Position numbers and translations under genes: made by a program. 64,000 bases of DNA from an uncultured virus (IMG/VR IMGVR_UViG_3300030099_005341). Lineage: Duplodnaviria > Heunggongvirae > Uroviricota > Caudoviricetes. Below are positions 10,095 to 21,800 of this stretch, in pieces. The notes below the pieces were generated by a model. That model was not told the origin of the DNA. It searched no databases and was given only the letters and a program-made list of their open reading frames with translations. Within the stretch, counting starts at the first letter, position 1. Each line of letters begins with the position of its first letter. The stretch lies in the IMG/VR virus record IMGVR_UViG_3300030099_005341. One strand, 5' to 3'.

Positions 10095-11249
10095 ATGGAA
10101 GAAAACAAAGAAAATGTAGTTGAAGAAACTACACCTAAAACAGAAAGTAAACCTGAAGTAAAAGATCAGGGTGTTACTAAAGTTAAAGTTAAAAACATGA
10201 AAGGTTTGAAAAAAGACCCAAGTGTTGTAAAGGTAGATCTTAATGCTAAAACAGAGGAAACTAAAGAAGAAGTCGAAGAAGTAAAAGAAGAAACCCCTGT
10301 TTTAGAAGAAATTACAGATGAAAAAGTTGAAGAGGCTAAAGAGAAACTAGAAGAGGTTGTTGAAGAGACGGCTAAAGAAGTAGAAAAAGAAATAACCAAA
10401 GCCGAAGAAACAGGTAAGCCTTTACCAGAAAACATACAAAAGCTAGTAGACTTTATGGATCAAACCGGAGGCACACTAGAAGATTATGTTACTTTAAATA
10501 AAGATTACAGCAAGTTAGATGATGACACGGTTTTAAGAGAGCATTATAAAAAATCAAAACCACATTTAACTAATGAAGAAATAAACTTTCTTATCAGTGA
10601 TAAGTTTTCTATAAATGAAGACACTGATGAAGAGGTAGATATAAAAAGAAAAAAACTAGCGTTAAAAGAGCAAGTTGCCGACGCAAGAAAAGCCTTAGAC
10701 GGCTATAAGTCTAAATACTATGCGGAGATTAAAGCTGGAAGCAAGCTCACTAAAGAGCAGCAAGAAGCTATTAGTTTCTATAATGGTTATCAACAAGAAT
10801 CGTTGAAACAAAAGCAAGAAGGAGAAGCTGCTAAATCAACGTTTTTTAATAGAACAAATAAATTTTTTGGAGACGGATTCAAAGGTTTTGAATATAATGT
10901 TGGAGACAAAAAGTTTAGGTTTAATGTAAAAAACGTAGACAAAGTAAAAGAAGCTCAAAGCGATATATCGAATTTTGTCGGGAAGTACCTAGATAAAAAT
11001 AATCATATAAGTGACGCTGAGGGTTATCACAAGTCTTTGTATACAGCTATGAATCCAGACGCTATTGCCAATCACTTTTATGAACAAGGTAAAGCTGATG
11101 CGTTGAAAGAAAGTATCCAAAAGTCCAAAAATATAAATATGGACCCTAGAGGATCTCATGATGGTAACGTTAAGCCACAAGGTGTTCAATATAAAGTTTT
11201 AGGTGATGATTCTGCGAGTCTTAAATTCAAAATAAAAAACAATAAATAA
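10095..11249 (+). CDS. Capsid scaffolding protein (putative)
   Basis: Acidic low-complexity N-half, helical C-half; between portal and capsid gene. Confidence 0.6.
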   Translation: MEENKENVVEETTPKTESKPEVKDQGVTKVKVKNMKGLKKDPSVVKVDLNAKTEETKEEVEEVKEETPVLEEITDEKVEEAKEKLEEVVEETAKEVEKEITKAEETGKPLPENIQKLVDFMDQTGGTLEDYVTLNKDYSKLDDDTVLREHYKKSKPHLTNEEINFLISDKFSINEDTDEEVDIKRKKLALKEQVADARKALDGYKSKYYAEIKAGSKLTKEQQEAISFYNGYQQESLKQKQEGEAAKSTFFNRTNKFFGDGFKGFEYNVGDKKFRFNVKNVDKVKEAQSDISNFVGKYLDKNNHISDAEGYHKSLYTAMNPDAIANHFYEQGKADALKESIQKSKNINMDPRGSHDGNVKPQGVQYKVLGDDSASLKFKIKNNK

Positions 11250-11268
11250 CATTTAAAAATTTTAAATT

Positions 11269-12741
11269 ATGCCTATTACAAACGGACCTAATTTGAATGC
11301 GGTACCTGCTCCACAACAGCAATTATTGCAAACAAATTATATTGACTTTACCAGTGGTGCAGGTAACGACTGGGGTCAACAATACTTACCAGATCTAATG
11401 GAGAAAGAAGCTGAAGTTTTCGGTAACAGAACTATTTCAGGTTTCTTATCACAAGTTGGAGCTGAAGAATCTATGTCTTCTGACCAAGTTATTTGGACAG
11501 AGCAAGGTAGATTACACTTATCATACATTGGTACTATTAACACTTCTAACGATCAGTTTACTGTTGTTTCGGATATCGACGGTAACATTGCTGGTGATGG
11601 CTTTGCTGTTACTGCACATGGTCTTAGAATTGGTGACATGGTATTATTAGCGGGAGCATCTGCAACTCAAAGATGTTATGTTTCTGCTCACGTATCTGGA
11701 TCAATAGTTACATTAAAGCCTTACGATACTGCTAACGTTACAGGATTCACAGATGGTGAAACTTGTACGATATTAGTTTTCGGTTCTGAGTTCGCGAAAG
11801 GTACTAATGGTTACGCGCAGAAAGATACTAACCAAACAACTTCTAACACTGTTAAGCCACACATGAAGTCTTTATCTAACAAACCAGTTATTATTAAAGA
11901 TCGTTATGAGATCTCTGGTTCTGATGCTGCACAGATTGGTTGGGTTGAAGTTTCTGGTGAAGAAGGTCAATCTGGTTACTTATGGTATCTAAAAGCTGAA
12001 GGTGATACTAGAGCTAGATTTACTGATCACTTAGAGATGACTATGGTTGAAGCTATTAAAGGTAATGCTACAAACTCTACTATTGATGGTACTAATAATA
12101 TTGGAACTAACTTTGGTACTGAAGGTTTATTTGCAGCTGTTGAAGACAGAGGTAACATAGCTACAGGTATTCTTGGTACATCTGTTCCTAACGATTTAGC
12201 TGAGTTTGATGCAATACTTGCAGAGTTTGATAAGCAAGGTGCTATTGAAGAGAATATGATATTCGTTAACAGAACAACTGCTTTAGCAATTGATGATATG
12301 TTAGCTGGTATGAATTCTTACGGTGCTGGTGGTACATCTTATGGTGTATTTAACAACTCTGAAGATATGGCGCTTAACTTAGGATTCTCAGGATTCCGAA
12401 GAGGTTCTTACGACTTTTACAAGTCTGACTGGAAATACTTAAATGATAAATCTACAAGAGGTAGTATCAACGAAAGAGATACTGTTAATGCTGTTAGAGG
12501 TATCTTTATTCCAGCTGGTGTAACTTCTGTATATGATCAACAATTAGGTAAAAACCTAAAGAGACCATTCTTACATGTACGTTACAGAGCTTCAAAAATG
12601 GAAGACAGAAAGTTCAAGACTTGGATTACTGGTTCAGTTGGTGGTAACATTACATCTGATTTAGATGCGATGGAAATACACTACTTATCTGAAAGATGTT
12701 TAGTGGTACAAGGTGCTAACAACTTTATGTTATTGAAGTAA
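11269..12741 (+). CDS. Major capsid protein
   Basis: 490 aa, biased codon use (GGT/GCT/ACT), follows scaffold, followed by a strong terminator. Confidence 0.85.
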   Translation: MPITNGPNLNAVPAPQQQLLQTNYIDFTSGAGNDWGQQYLPDLMEKEAEVFGNRTISGFLSQVGAEESMSSDQVIWTEQGRLHLSYIGTINTSNDQFTVVSDIDGNIAGDGFAVTAHGLRIGDMVLLAGASATQRCYVSAHVSGSIVTLKPYDTANVTGFTDGETCTILVFGSEFAKGTNGYAQKDTNQTTSNTVKPHMKSLSNKPVIIKDRYEISGSDAAQIGWVEVSGEEGQSGYLWYLKAEGDTRARFTDHLEMTMVEAIKGNATNSTIDGTNNIGTNFGTEGLFAAVEDRGNIATGILGTSVPNDLAEFDAILAEFDKQGAIEENMIFVNRTTALAIDDMLAGMNSYGAGGTSYGVFNNSEDMALNLGFSGFRRGSYDFYKSDWKYLNDKSTRGSINERDTVNAVRGIFIPAGVTSVYDQQLGKNLKRPFLHVRYRASKMEDRKFKTWITGSVGGNITSDLDAMEIHYLSERCLVVQGANNFMLLK

Positions 12742-12754
12742 GCATTTATATTAA

Positions 12755-12787
12755 GGATCGAGGCTTCGGCCTCGACCCTTTCTTTTT
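12755..12787 (+). terminator. Intrinsic terminator after major capsid gene
   Basis: GGATCGAGGC-TTCG-GCCTCGACCC hairpin (cUUCGg loop) followed by TTTCTTTTT. Confidence 0.85.
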
Positions 12788-12811
12788 ATTAATTTTATTA
12801 TATATTATATT

Positions 12812-13663
12812 ATGGCAAAGAAAACAAAAAAAGTTGAGGTGCAAGAACCTCAAGTACAAGAAACAGTTACAATAGAAAAACCAAAAACTATTGTAAAACC
12901 AAAATCTAAAAGATTCCAAAGTACTTCTCTTGAAGACAATTGGGAAATAAAAGATAGAAAATATTATTTAAAAAATAACAAAACACCTTTATCATATTCT
13001 ATTAGAGCAACTGATATATACTGGTTTGATGAGGAAAAAGGATATGAAAGAGAAATAAAATGTACATCTAATCAAAGAAGCGTTTTTGTTGATGAGTTTC
13101 CAGAGAAATCTCAAGCTAGATTAGAGCACATTGTTTTTAGAAACGGTATACTAAACGTTCCTAAAGAAAAGCAAGTAATGCAAAAGATATTAAGCTTATA
13201 CCACCCTCACAAAGACAGGTTGTATGCTGAGCACAAACCACAAGTTGAGGCAGCTAGCCAACTTGATTGGTTAGAACTAGAGTTAGAAGCTTTGAATGTA
13301 GCTACAAGTCTTGATGTAGATATGATGGAAGCTGTACTACGTGTAGAGAAAGGTTCTAGCGTATCTAACTTAACATCTAAGGAGCTTAAACGTGATATAC
13401 TTATATTTGCTAAGAAAAACCCTATGGCTTTCTTAGAATTAGTCCAGGACAGTAATGTTCATTTACGAAATATAGGTATCAAAGCTGTTGAGATGGGTAT
13501 TATAAGAATATCTGATGATAACAGAACGTTTTTCTGGTCAAACACTGATAGAAAGTTATTCAATGTACCGTTTGATGAACACCCATATTCAGCTTTAGCC
13601 GCTTGGTTTAAAACTGACGAAGGTATGGAAGTTCTTGGAAGTATAGAAAAAAGATTAAACTAA
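12812..13663 (+). CDS. Hypothetical virion-associated/assembly protein
   Basis: 283 aa ORF between capsid and ring genes. Confidence 0.6.
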   Translation: MAKKTKKVEVQEPQVQETVTIEKPKTIVKPKSKRFQSTSLEDNWEIKDRKYYLKNNKTPLSYSIRATDIYWFDEEKGYEREIKCTSNQRSVFVDEFPEKSQARLEHIVFRNGILNVPKEKQVMQKILSLYHPHKDRLYAEHKPQVEAASQLDWLELELEALNVATSLDVDMMEAVLRVEKGSSVSNLTSKELKRDILIFAKKNPMAFLELVQDSNVHLRNIGIKAVEMGIIRISDDNRTFFWSNTDRKLFNVPFDEHPYSALAAWFKTDEGMEVLGSIEKRLN

Positions 13664-13671
13664 TCAACCTG

Positions 13672-13704
13672 GTAGGCAGTCGCCTTTCGGGGCGATTGCA
13701 CTAC
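13672..13704. terminator. Intergenic hairpin (stability element or minus-strand terminator)
   Basis: GCAGTCGCCT-TTCG-GGGCGATTGC extended by GTAG/CTAC; no T tract on +. Confidence 0.55.
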
Positions 13705-13718
13705 TAAATAAAAAAATT

Positions 13719-14513
13719 ATGGCAGTAAGTATAAACAGCGTATATCAAAAAGTTATGGCGTTAGCCAATAAAGAACAGAGGGGTTTTATAACACCTCAAG
13801 AGTTTAATTTGCTAGCTAATCAAGCACAGCAAGATATTTTTGAGCAATACTTTTATGACTTAGATGCTGCTGAACAAGAACCTACAAAACCAAGTGTAGG
13901 TCAAGTAAAAAATACAATAATAAAGAAAATAGAGTATGCTATTAACAAAGCAATACCTTATGTTAATATGACTTTCTCTAATGGATCTTTTGATTTTCCA
14001 GCCGCAACAACAGCTACATCATCACATAGAGTTGGTGGTGTTAGATACTTAAGAGGTGGTAATACTTATGTTGAATTAGTACCTATAAGTAGAGAAGAAG
14101 TAAGACTACTATCACTAAACACTTGGCATAGGCAAGGACCATACACTGGTACGCCTATTACATCCGGTTCCTTATCAAGTGGGGAAACAGCTTATATTAT
14201 AAACAATATGGACGACACTATATCTATATGGGATAATGGTGCTTTTGTCACGAATGCAGCTCACGTACAGTGTGAAGCTATAAATGAAGCTGATCACCCA
14301 CCTATAGTTAACTGGCCTTTTACAGTTGTTAATGAGCAACCGTTATATAATGCTGGTGCGGCTACTTTACAGGATTTTAGATTACACAAATCGGAAGAGC
14401 AAGAGTTAGTTATAAAAATATTAGAACTAGCAGGTATAACAATTAACAAACCTGGTTTATATCAACTAGCAGCAGGAGAAGAACAACAACACACAACAAC
14501 ATCACCTAAATAA
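13719..14513 (+). CDS. Tail ring/adaptor protein (crAss-like ring protein)
   Basis: NKEQRGFITPQEFNLLANQAQ N-terminus; position after head genes. Confidence 0.6.
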   Translation: MAVSINSVYQKVMALANKEQRGFITPQEFNLLANQAQQDIFEQYFYDLDAAEQEPTKPSVGQVKNTIIKKIEYAINKAIPYVNMTFSNGSFDFPAATTATSSHRVGGVRYLRGGNTYVELVPISREEVRLLSLNTWHRQGPYTGTPITSGSLSSGETAYIINNMDDTISIWDNGAFVTNAAHVQCEAINEADHPPIVNWPFTVVNEQPLYNAGAATLQDFRLHKSEEQELVIKILELAGITINKPGLYQLAAGEEQQHTTTSPK

Positions 14514-14518
14514 TAAAT

Positions 14519-15856
14519 ATGGCAAATTATAACTTAAATAATACTGCTTCAGCTTACTATAGTGATCCTAACAAGTTTGGTAATTATCAATTTACTCAAC
14601 TGAGTCAAATTGTTGATAATTTTCTTGTTACATTTTGTACTGAAGGAAAAATATTAGCAGGAACTAGAAGAGGTGAGGTTCAATACCACGCTAACAGAGC
14701 AATGCAAGAGTTAAGCTTTGATACTTTTAAATCTGTTAAGTCTCATGAAATAGAAGTTTGTCCATCTTTATGTATGCCAATGCCACACGATTATGTTAAC
14801 TACGTAAAGTTAACGTGGGTAGATGATGAAGGTATAGAACACGTAATATACCCAATGTCTAAAACTAGTAATCCATTTGCAATACAACAAGACGCGGATT
14901 GTAGTTATGTAACAGATATATTAACATGTGTTTTAAAGCATACTGATAACATTGGTAATGGTGTAGTTTATACTACAACACAGCAAATACATAATTGTTT
15001 TGGTGTGTCTGGTGAAAGTTTTATATATTCTGCCCAGCAGTTTCATGCTGACGTTATTGTTGGATCTACATTTTCACACGGAGGTACTTTGTACACAGTG
15101 AATGATATAACCAACAAGAGTTCTACTGTAAGTGCTTTTAGTGGTAATTATTATAGAGTTGGAATAACTCCAGCTATATCTGCAAACATAGGTGTAGCGC
15201 CTAGCGAGGGTTCTGGTGGTCAAACCGTGAGTTTAGTACTTAACAACACGCTTACTTCGCTGAGTTGTGCTCCTGGTTATGTAGAGGTTGTAAATCCAGG
15301 TAGTCCTTATTCGAGTGGTACTTATTGCTGTAAAGACGTTAACGGTGACGGTGTTATTGACGAAGATGATAAAAATGGTTTGGCAGAACAAATACCATCT
15401 AACACTACTGATAATTGGAAAACATCTAATCTAAACGCTAACAATGATACTGACAAAAGTAATGATACAGACGTTTATGATTTACATGTAGGTAAACGAT
15501 ATGGCTTAGAGCCTTCGTGGTCACAAACTAATGGTTGGTACTACATTGATGATTTACGAGGTAAAATATGTTTTAGCTCTGATCTACAGGGTAAAACAAT
15601 AATATTAAAATATATAAGTGATAGTCTTGGTACAGCTGAAGAATTACAAGTGCACAAGCTAGCTGAAGAAGCTATGTACAAGTGGATAGCTTATGGTTGT
15701 CTATCTGTTAAAGCAGATGTCCCTGAATATCTAGTTAATAGATATAAAAAAGAAAAGTTCGCTGAAACTAGAAAAGCAAAAATAAGGTTATCAAACGTTA
15801 AAATAGAAGAGATAGCTCAACAATTTAGAAACATGTCTAAACATATAAAATCTTAA
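14519..15856 (+). CDS. Tail ring protein with inserted beta domain
   Basis: MPHDYVNYVKL and ILKYISD...VHKLAEEA ends flanking a variable S/T/G-rich middle. Confidence 0.6.
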   Translation: MANYNLNNTASAYYSDPNKFGNYQFTQLSQIVDNFLVTFCTEGKILAGTRRGEVQYHANRAMQELSFDTFKSVKSHEIEVCPSLCMPMPHDYVNYVKLTWVDDEGIEHVIYPMSKTSNPFAIQQDADCSYVTDILTCVLKHTDNIGNGVVYTTTQQIHNCFGVSGESFIYSAQQFHADVIVGSTFSHGGTLYTVNDITNKSSTVSAFSGNYYRVGITPAISANIGVAPSEGSGGQTVSLVLNNTLTSLSCAPGYVEVVNPGSPYSSGTYCCKDVNGDGVIDEDDKNGLAEQIPSNTTDNWKTSNLNANNDTDKSNDTDVYDLHVGKRYGLEPSWSQTNGWYYIDDLRGKICFSSDLQGKTIILKYISDSLGTAEELQVHKLAEEAMYKWIAYGCLSVKADVPEYLVNRYKKEKFAETRKAKIRLSNVKIEEIAQQFRNMSKHIKS

Positions 15857-15859
15857 TTT

Positions 15860-18800
15860 ATGCCAGAGTCTAAAAATACTTTCCGAGGAGGAAAGATGAA
15901 TAAGGACATGGACGAAAGGCTCATGTCCAATGGAGAGTATAGAGATGCTCACAACATAGAAGTTTCTACTTCTGAGGGTGCTAACGTTGGTGCTGCACAG
16001 GTTATTAAAGGTAACACGGCAACTGGTTTATTAGCAAGATCTTTAGGTAAAACTATAGGGCACGTTGTAGATGAGAAGACTGATAAAATATTATTCTTAA
16101 GAACGTACCAGCCTTTTGATCAGAGCAGTGGTCCTGATAATGTGTACGCAGCTATGAAAACTAGTTATGACGATGCTAATGGTGCTGATGATGATTTATA
16201 TTATTCTGACGATATAATAGAGACTAATAGCGCTGGTACTTCTAGTTACATTGGTTGTGATAAGTATAGAGTGTTGGTAAATATAGGTGATTTAAATAGC
16301 GCTGTAACAATGGGATTAGATAGTGATAGCAGTTGGAACTATTTAAAAGGAGCGCATCCTGTTAGTGGTAAAAGACCTATGAAACTTGTTTATTTAGTTT
16401 TAAATAATGTTGTTCAAAATTTAGCCACGTTGTTTAGTGCTCATGGTGGCGAGTTATATTTACATACACAACCAACTTCTAATACACATGTTGTTACTTT
16501 AAAAGACAAGTATGGTGCAGATAACACAGTTGCTATTACCTCTGGTGGTAATGGTACAAAAAATTACGCTATATTTGAGTCTGAAAGAGTTTTTAATTTT
16601 GAAGCATTAACAGCGAGAAATTATATTACTGGTATAAACTTAATAGATGATATGTTATTTTGGACAGATAATAATTCTGAGCCAAAAAAAGTAAATATAA
16701 AAAGATTAAAGTTAGGTACAGATTCAAGTGGTAATTATGGTAGACCTACTAAACTTTTTATAAAAGATAAAAACAATGTAAATGGAGCTTCTGATGCTGA
16801 CTGGTTATTACCACATCACGCTACAGTTGCTAAACTAAGTCCTACAAAATCCATTAATTTTGACGCTTACAATACAGATCAACTTAGAAACGGTACAAAC
16901 TTTACAGCTGAAAAAGGATTATATGGTTATAAACCTATTATAATAGATACTACTTGTAACGCTTTATTTACAGGCACAACAGGCGTCGACGTTTCAGCAA
17001 ATACAAATACAGTAAACAATGGTGGTTTGTTAATGACTAACACATCAACGTTTACATTTAAACCAAAGTCTAAAGTTCACTACAAAATAGGCGATACGTT
17101 ACATTTTAAACTTACGTTTACAGACGCATTAGGAGACACAGACGAAGCTGAGGTTTATGCTGAAGTAACTGGAGCTGGAGCTTTAAATGGTTTTGGAGGT
17201 GGGCAAGGTGCGAATACACAAGAAGCAGATGTAATAGGTACTGACAAATATGGTTGTAAAATAAAGTCAATAACAGTAAACACACCAATAACACTCAAAG
17301 CAGAAAAATACACATGGGAAGTTTCACTTGTGCAAAAATCTCCTTTCTTTGAGTTTAAATTTCCTAGATTTTCTTATAGATATAAATATTCAGACGGTGA
17401 ATACTCTACGTTTGCACCTTGGACTGAAGTAGCTTTTGTGCCTGGTACTTTTGATTACTTACCTAAAAAAGGCTTTAACTTAGGTATGAAAAACCACATG
17501 AGATACTTAAAGATTAGGGACTGGAGACCAAAAGATACTCCTTCTGATGTTGTTGAAATAAGTATACTTTATAAAGAAACAGGTTCTACAAATGTATATA
17601 CTATAGATAAGTTTGAAAAAACAGATACAGAGTGGACTACAAAAGGTGTTATAGCTTCTGAAACGTCAAACACTAGTATAGTTTGGAACGATCATGGTTC
17701 TTATTTATTAGACTCAGATCTAATACACGCTGTTGTTCCTGGTAACCAAATATTAAGACCTTGGGATAATATACCTAGAAAAGCAAAAGCACAAGAAATA
17801 ATTGCTAATAGAATTGTTTATGGTAATTACTTGCAAAACTATAACATGATAGATGAGAGTGGGCCAAGTTATATAAAACCTAAGTTTGAAGTTAATCTAT
17901 TAGAAAGAGCTGGTAACGAACCTAAAAAACCTTTTAAGTCTCTTAAATCATTAAGAAAATATCAAATAGGTGTTGTTTACTCTGACAAATATGGTAGAGA
18001 AACTCCAGTGTTAACAGACAAGTCAGCTGTATTTAGAATTGAAAAAGAAAAAGCGCCTAAATACAATAGTATAGACGCTAAAATAACTACAGCAGCTCCT
18101 AAGTGGGCTAGTAAGTTTAGGTTTTATGTAAAAGAAACTTCTAACGAATATTATAGTTTAGCTATGGATCGTCATTACGATGCTAAAGATGGAAATATAT
18201 GGTTATCGTTTCCTTCTGCTGAAAGAAATAAACTTCAAGAAGATCAATTTATAATACTTAAAAAACAACATGGTAACGATGTTTTTGTTGAAGATGAAGC
18301 AAGATATAGAATACTTGATATAAAAGGTACTGCACCTGACTATATAAAAACAGAAAACCATTATTGGGGTACAGTAAATCCTGTTAATGAGTTTGGTGGT
18401 ATTGGTTTTGAGGCTTCGGGTTATCCTTATACTGGTAGACAATATATTGACTTACCACAAGAGCAATGGGATAGCAGTAGCTTACAAAATATAGGTGTAT
18501 TACACACAAGTAAATCTATAGAAATAAAAATAAGAAACACAATAACAAAAGAACAGTCTGGTTGGTATACTGTTTCAAATATAGAAAGCCATAGAACTGG
18601 AGAAAGAAAAGTTAAAAGAATAAAGATAAAAGAGTTATTCAAAGATGATATGAGCTTTACCTCTAAAGACCAAGGCACAACAATGGTTACAGGTTTAGTT
18701 ATAGATATAAGAGAAAGAAAACTAGTTAATAGTGCTCAGTTTGATGGTAGGTTTTTTGTTAAAATACAAAAAGATTCTGTTATAAAAAAGAACTTAGCTA

Positions 18801-21800
18801 CAGCTGAAGGTAGTGTACCTTCTAGGTTTATAGTAACAATGTCTAAACAGATTTCTTACATAGATTATTATGGTGTGGGTGGTGTTCATGGATATTCTAC
18901 TGGTGGTATGAGGTGTCAAGGTAATGGTGTTAGAGGACAAACGCCACATCCTGGCCATACCGGTAATTATATTTCTGATGCAAAAAGTTTTAGCTGGAAA
19001 GGTAGTAATGTTACAATGGGACAAGGTGCTTACTATAGTACGCCTAATGGTGGGTTCGTTCCTGGCGTTCCATCTTTATATAGTGGGCCAAATTTTGCCG
19101 CTGCATACACGGTTCCTTGGGGTGATCAATATGTGCCAAATACTGATTTAATAAACTATCCAAATCAAAGTGGTGTTACAGGTATTACTGGTAACTCAAC
19201 AACTAGAACCAGTAACAATACTATTAGCAGTTATTCTTCTAACAGCCAAGATATAGGGCAGTTAACATTAAAAGGTGGTTATTATGACTGGAAAGCTGGT
19301 TCACCTGGTTGGATAGATTATAGCGCAAATTCTGGTGCTTCTGACACTGTGGGTGTTTACGCGGCTTTAGGTAGTACTTCTGGAACAAATGGACTTGGAT
19401 CTTCTCCACATCCTTTTTATTATGCTAACTATGATGCGGTGTATAGTTTACACAGTGGAAGCTCTTGTGATAATACACCTTGGGTTTCTAGACCTTTAGT
19501 AACAAGGCATGGTACCGCTTGGAATTATTTTACTAGTTGGGGTGGTAAATACGGTGCTAATGGTAGAGGTAAGTTTGGTAAGAGAGATAATATAAATAAC
19601 CAGTCTGGTGGAGTTTGGGATCACGCTGCTGTTTGGCCTGGTGTTGATGGACAATCGTATGTTGGAGGTACATCTAGTGGTGGTACATCTTGGAGATTTA
19701 ATAGAACTCACATGAGTTTTCTAGGTAATGGTAGTGAAAGTAATCCTGTTGGTGGACCTTGGCCTACCAACTGGGCTAGACATTTACAAATGTTTGCTAG
19801 TACCGCTAATGGATCTTCTGAAACATCACCCGCTGTTTATGAAAATATGAACTTAACGGGTCACTATCCTTGGTCGTATAACTTCCAGTTTAAAACAGCT
19901 TATATTGCTAATTTTGATACTATGCACATTAACAATATACTTGCTGGAGGTGAACACAATTATCAATATCCAAACTGGAGATCTAGATATAATGGTATTG
20001 GTGAAACTACTAGCTCTTCTGCAACAGGTAAAGTAGCTATGTACGGTAAAGACTGGAACGAAAATATAAGTATAAATAGTTGGGATAATAGTACTAGTTC
20101 AGGAACTGGTACAGAGCACTCAAGAAGCAAAATTTCTTGGGCTTACACTGGTGACGGTGCAGATAAACCTTGGGATACGCCGGGTAAACAACATATAAGA
20201 ACTTGGGGTGCTACTGGAGATGCTTATGGAGAAGATGCTGAAACACCTGTCTTTGAAGAAAAACAATACGGTGGTGGTTATATGAGAAGAAGTTCTCACC
20301 ACCCTAGCAAACGATGGTGGGAAGCTTGGTGGAACGGTAATGGTTGGACAAACGAAGACTGGGATAGTAATAGACCTTATTATAACAATGGTGGTGATAC
20401 AAAACTTCAATCAAGAAAAGAAAGACCAGATAGAAGATGGTTTATAGATCACTGTGGAGCAGCGCAAGATAAATGTGGTATTGGTGTTGGTAGAGGTAAT
20501 TCAAGACAAATGGATTTAAGTTTCGTTGGTTTTGGTACTGGTGTCGATAAAAATGATGATTGGACTTTAGCCGCTGCTTCTGGAGAACAAGCCTTTGCAG
20601 ACGCTATGGTAACACCTGGTACTCAGTTTAGATTTAGAGAAGATCCTTTTCAAATAGTATATACTATAACAAAAGGTCAAGTTAGTATAGCTCAAGATCC
20701 TGGTTATGTAGATTCTACCACTGGTAAATGGGTGGATTCAACAACTTCAAATGACGGTGAAAACCCTTATATATTAAACTATAGTTCAGATCCAGACGAT
20801 GCAGATACTTACGATATTCTTAATAGAAGACTTCGTTTACGAATAACAGTAGATAAAGAGTTCTTTGTTACGGATAATATAGAGAACGATCATAACTTGG
20901 TAAATTACCTTGGACAAAGAACTACATACAACGCTAATGCAGCATCAGCGTTACAAAGGTATCCTCAAACAATGTGGAATGGAACTTCTTACACTACATC
21001 TGGAGACAGAACTGGAGTTAACACATTAAGAGCTTGGCATCCACTTTCAAACGCGTTTAACGTTTTAGGTGGTCACAACGTTATGAATCCAGCTACTTTA
21101 TCTAAAGATCTAACATCTACAACGTATTTTGACTCTTATGGAAAGCCTAAACCTGGAGCGTTGCAAACAGATCCTACAAAACCACATTACAATCCTAGAG
21201 GTGTTACTATTGTTAGATATGATGAAACACAAAATCCTTTATCACCATTTTTAATAGCAGATAACGAAGAAGACGAGTATGGTACTAATAGAGCTATAAG
21301 AGGTTGGATACCTTGGACTGTTAAATATACAAAACCACATACTGAACCAACTGTACCTGTTGCTTCTGGTGACTGGCCAAATACATCTCAGTTTTCCCCT
21401 CATGGTAGTGAGTGGTCTTACGTGTTAACAACAGCTAATGATGTTGGTGGGACAGGTAAAAAAGAGTGGATAGACTTTGTAGACACTATAAACTTTCAAT
21501 CTTTAAGTGCTAGTTTTGGTCCAAATAGAGATCATTTTAATCAAGACCCTTGGCATTCTTATAGACTTGCTACTACTACAGGTAAGTCAACAACAGAAAC
21601 TAGCTCTACCGCTAACACTGGCGGTGGAGCAAGTGCTCCGGTTATTAATACTCCAGTTGGACAGTTTTATAACAATATTAATAGTACTACAGAATATAAT
21701 ATAACCTCCGACGATGATAGTAAAAGAGCTGTTGGCGCTGCTTCTAGTAATAACGGTGCTGCTTATTTAGGAATTAGTGGTAACTCTAAAATAGGTTTAC

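Noticed and set aside
15336..15371. DVNGDGVIDEDD (and DINQDGVYNVED at ~28449) as dockerin domains
   Set aside because: Single Ca-binding-like loops only; no duplicated dockerin repeat
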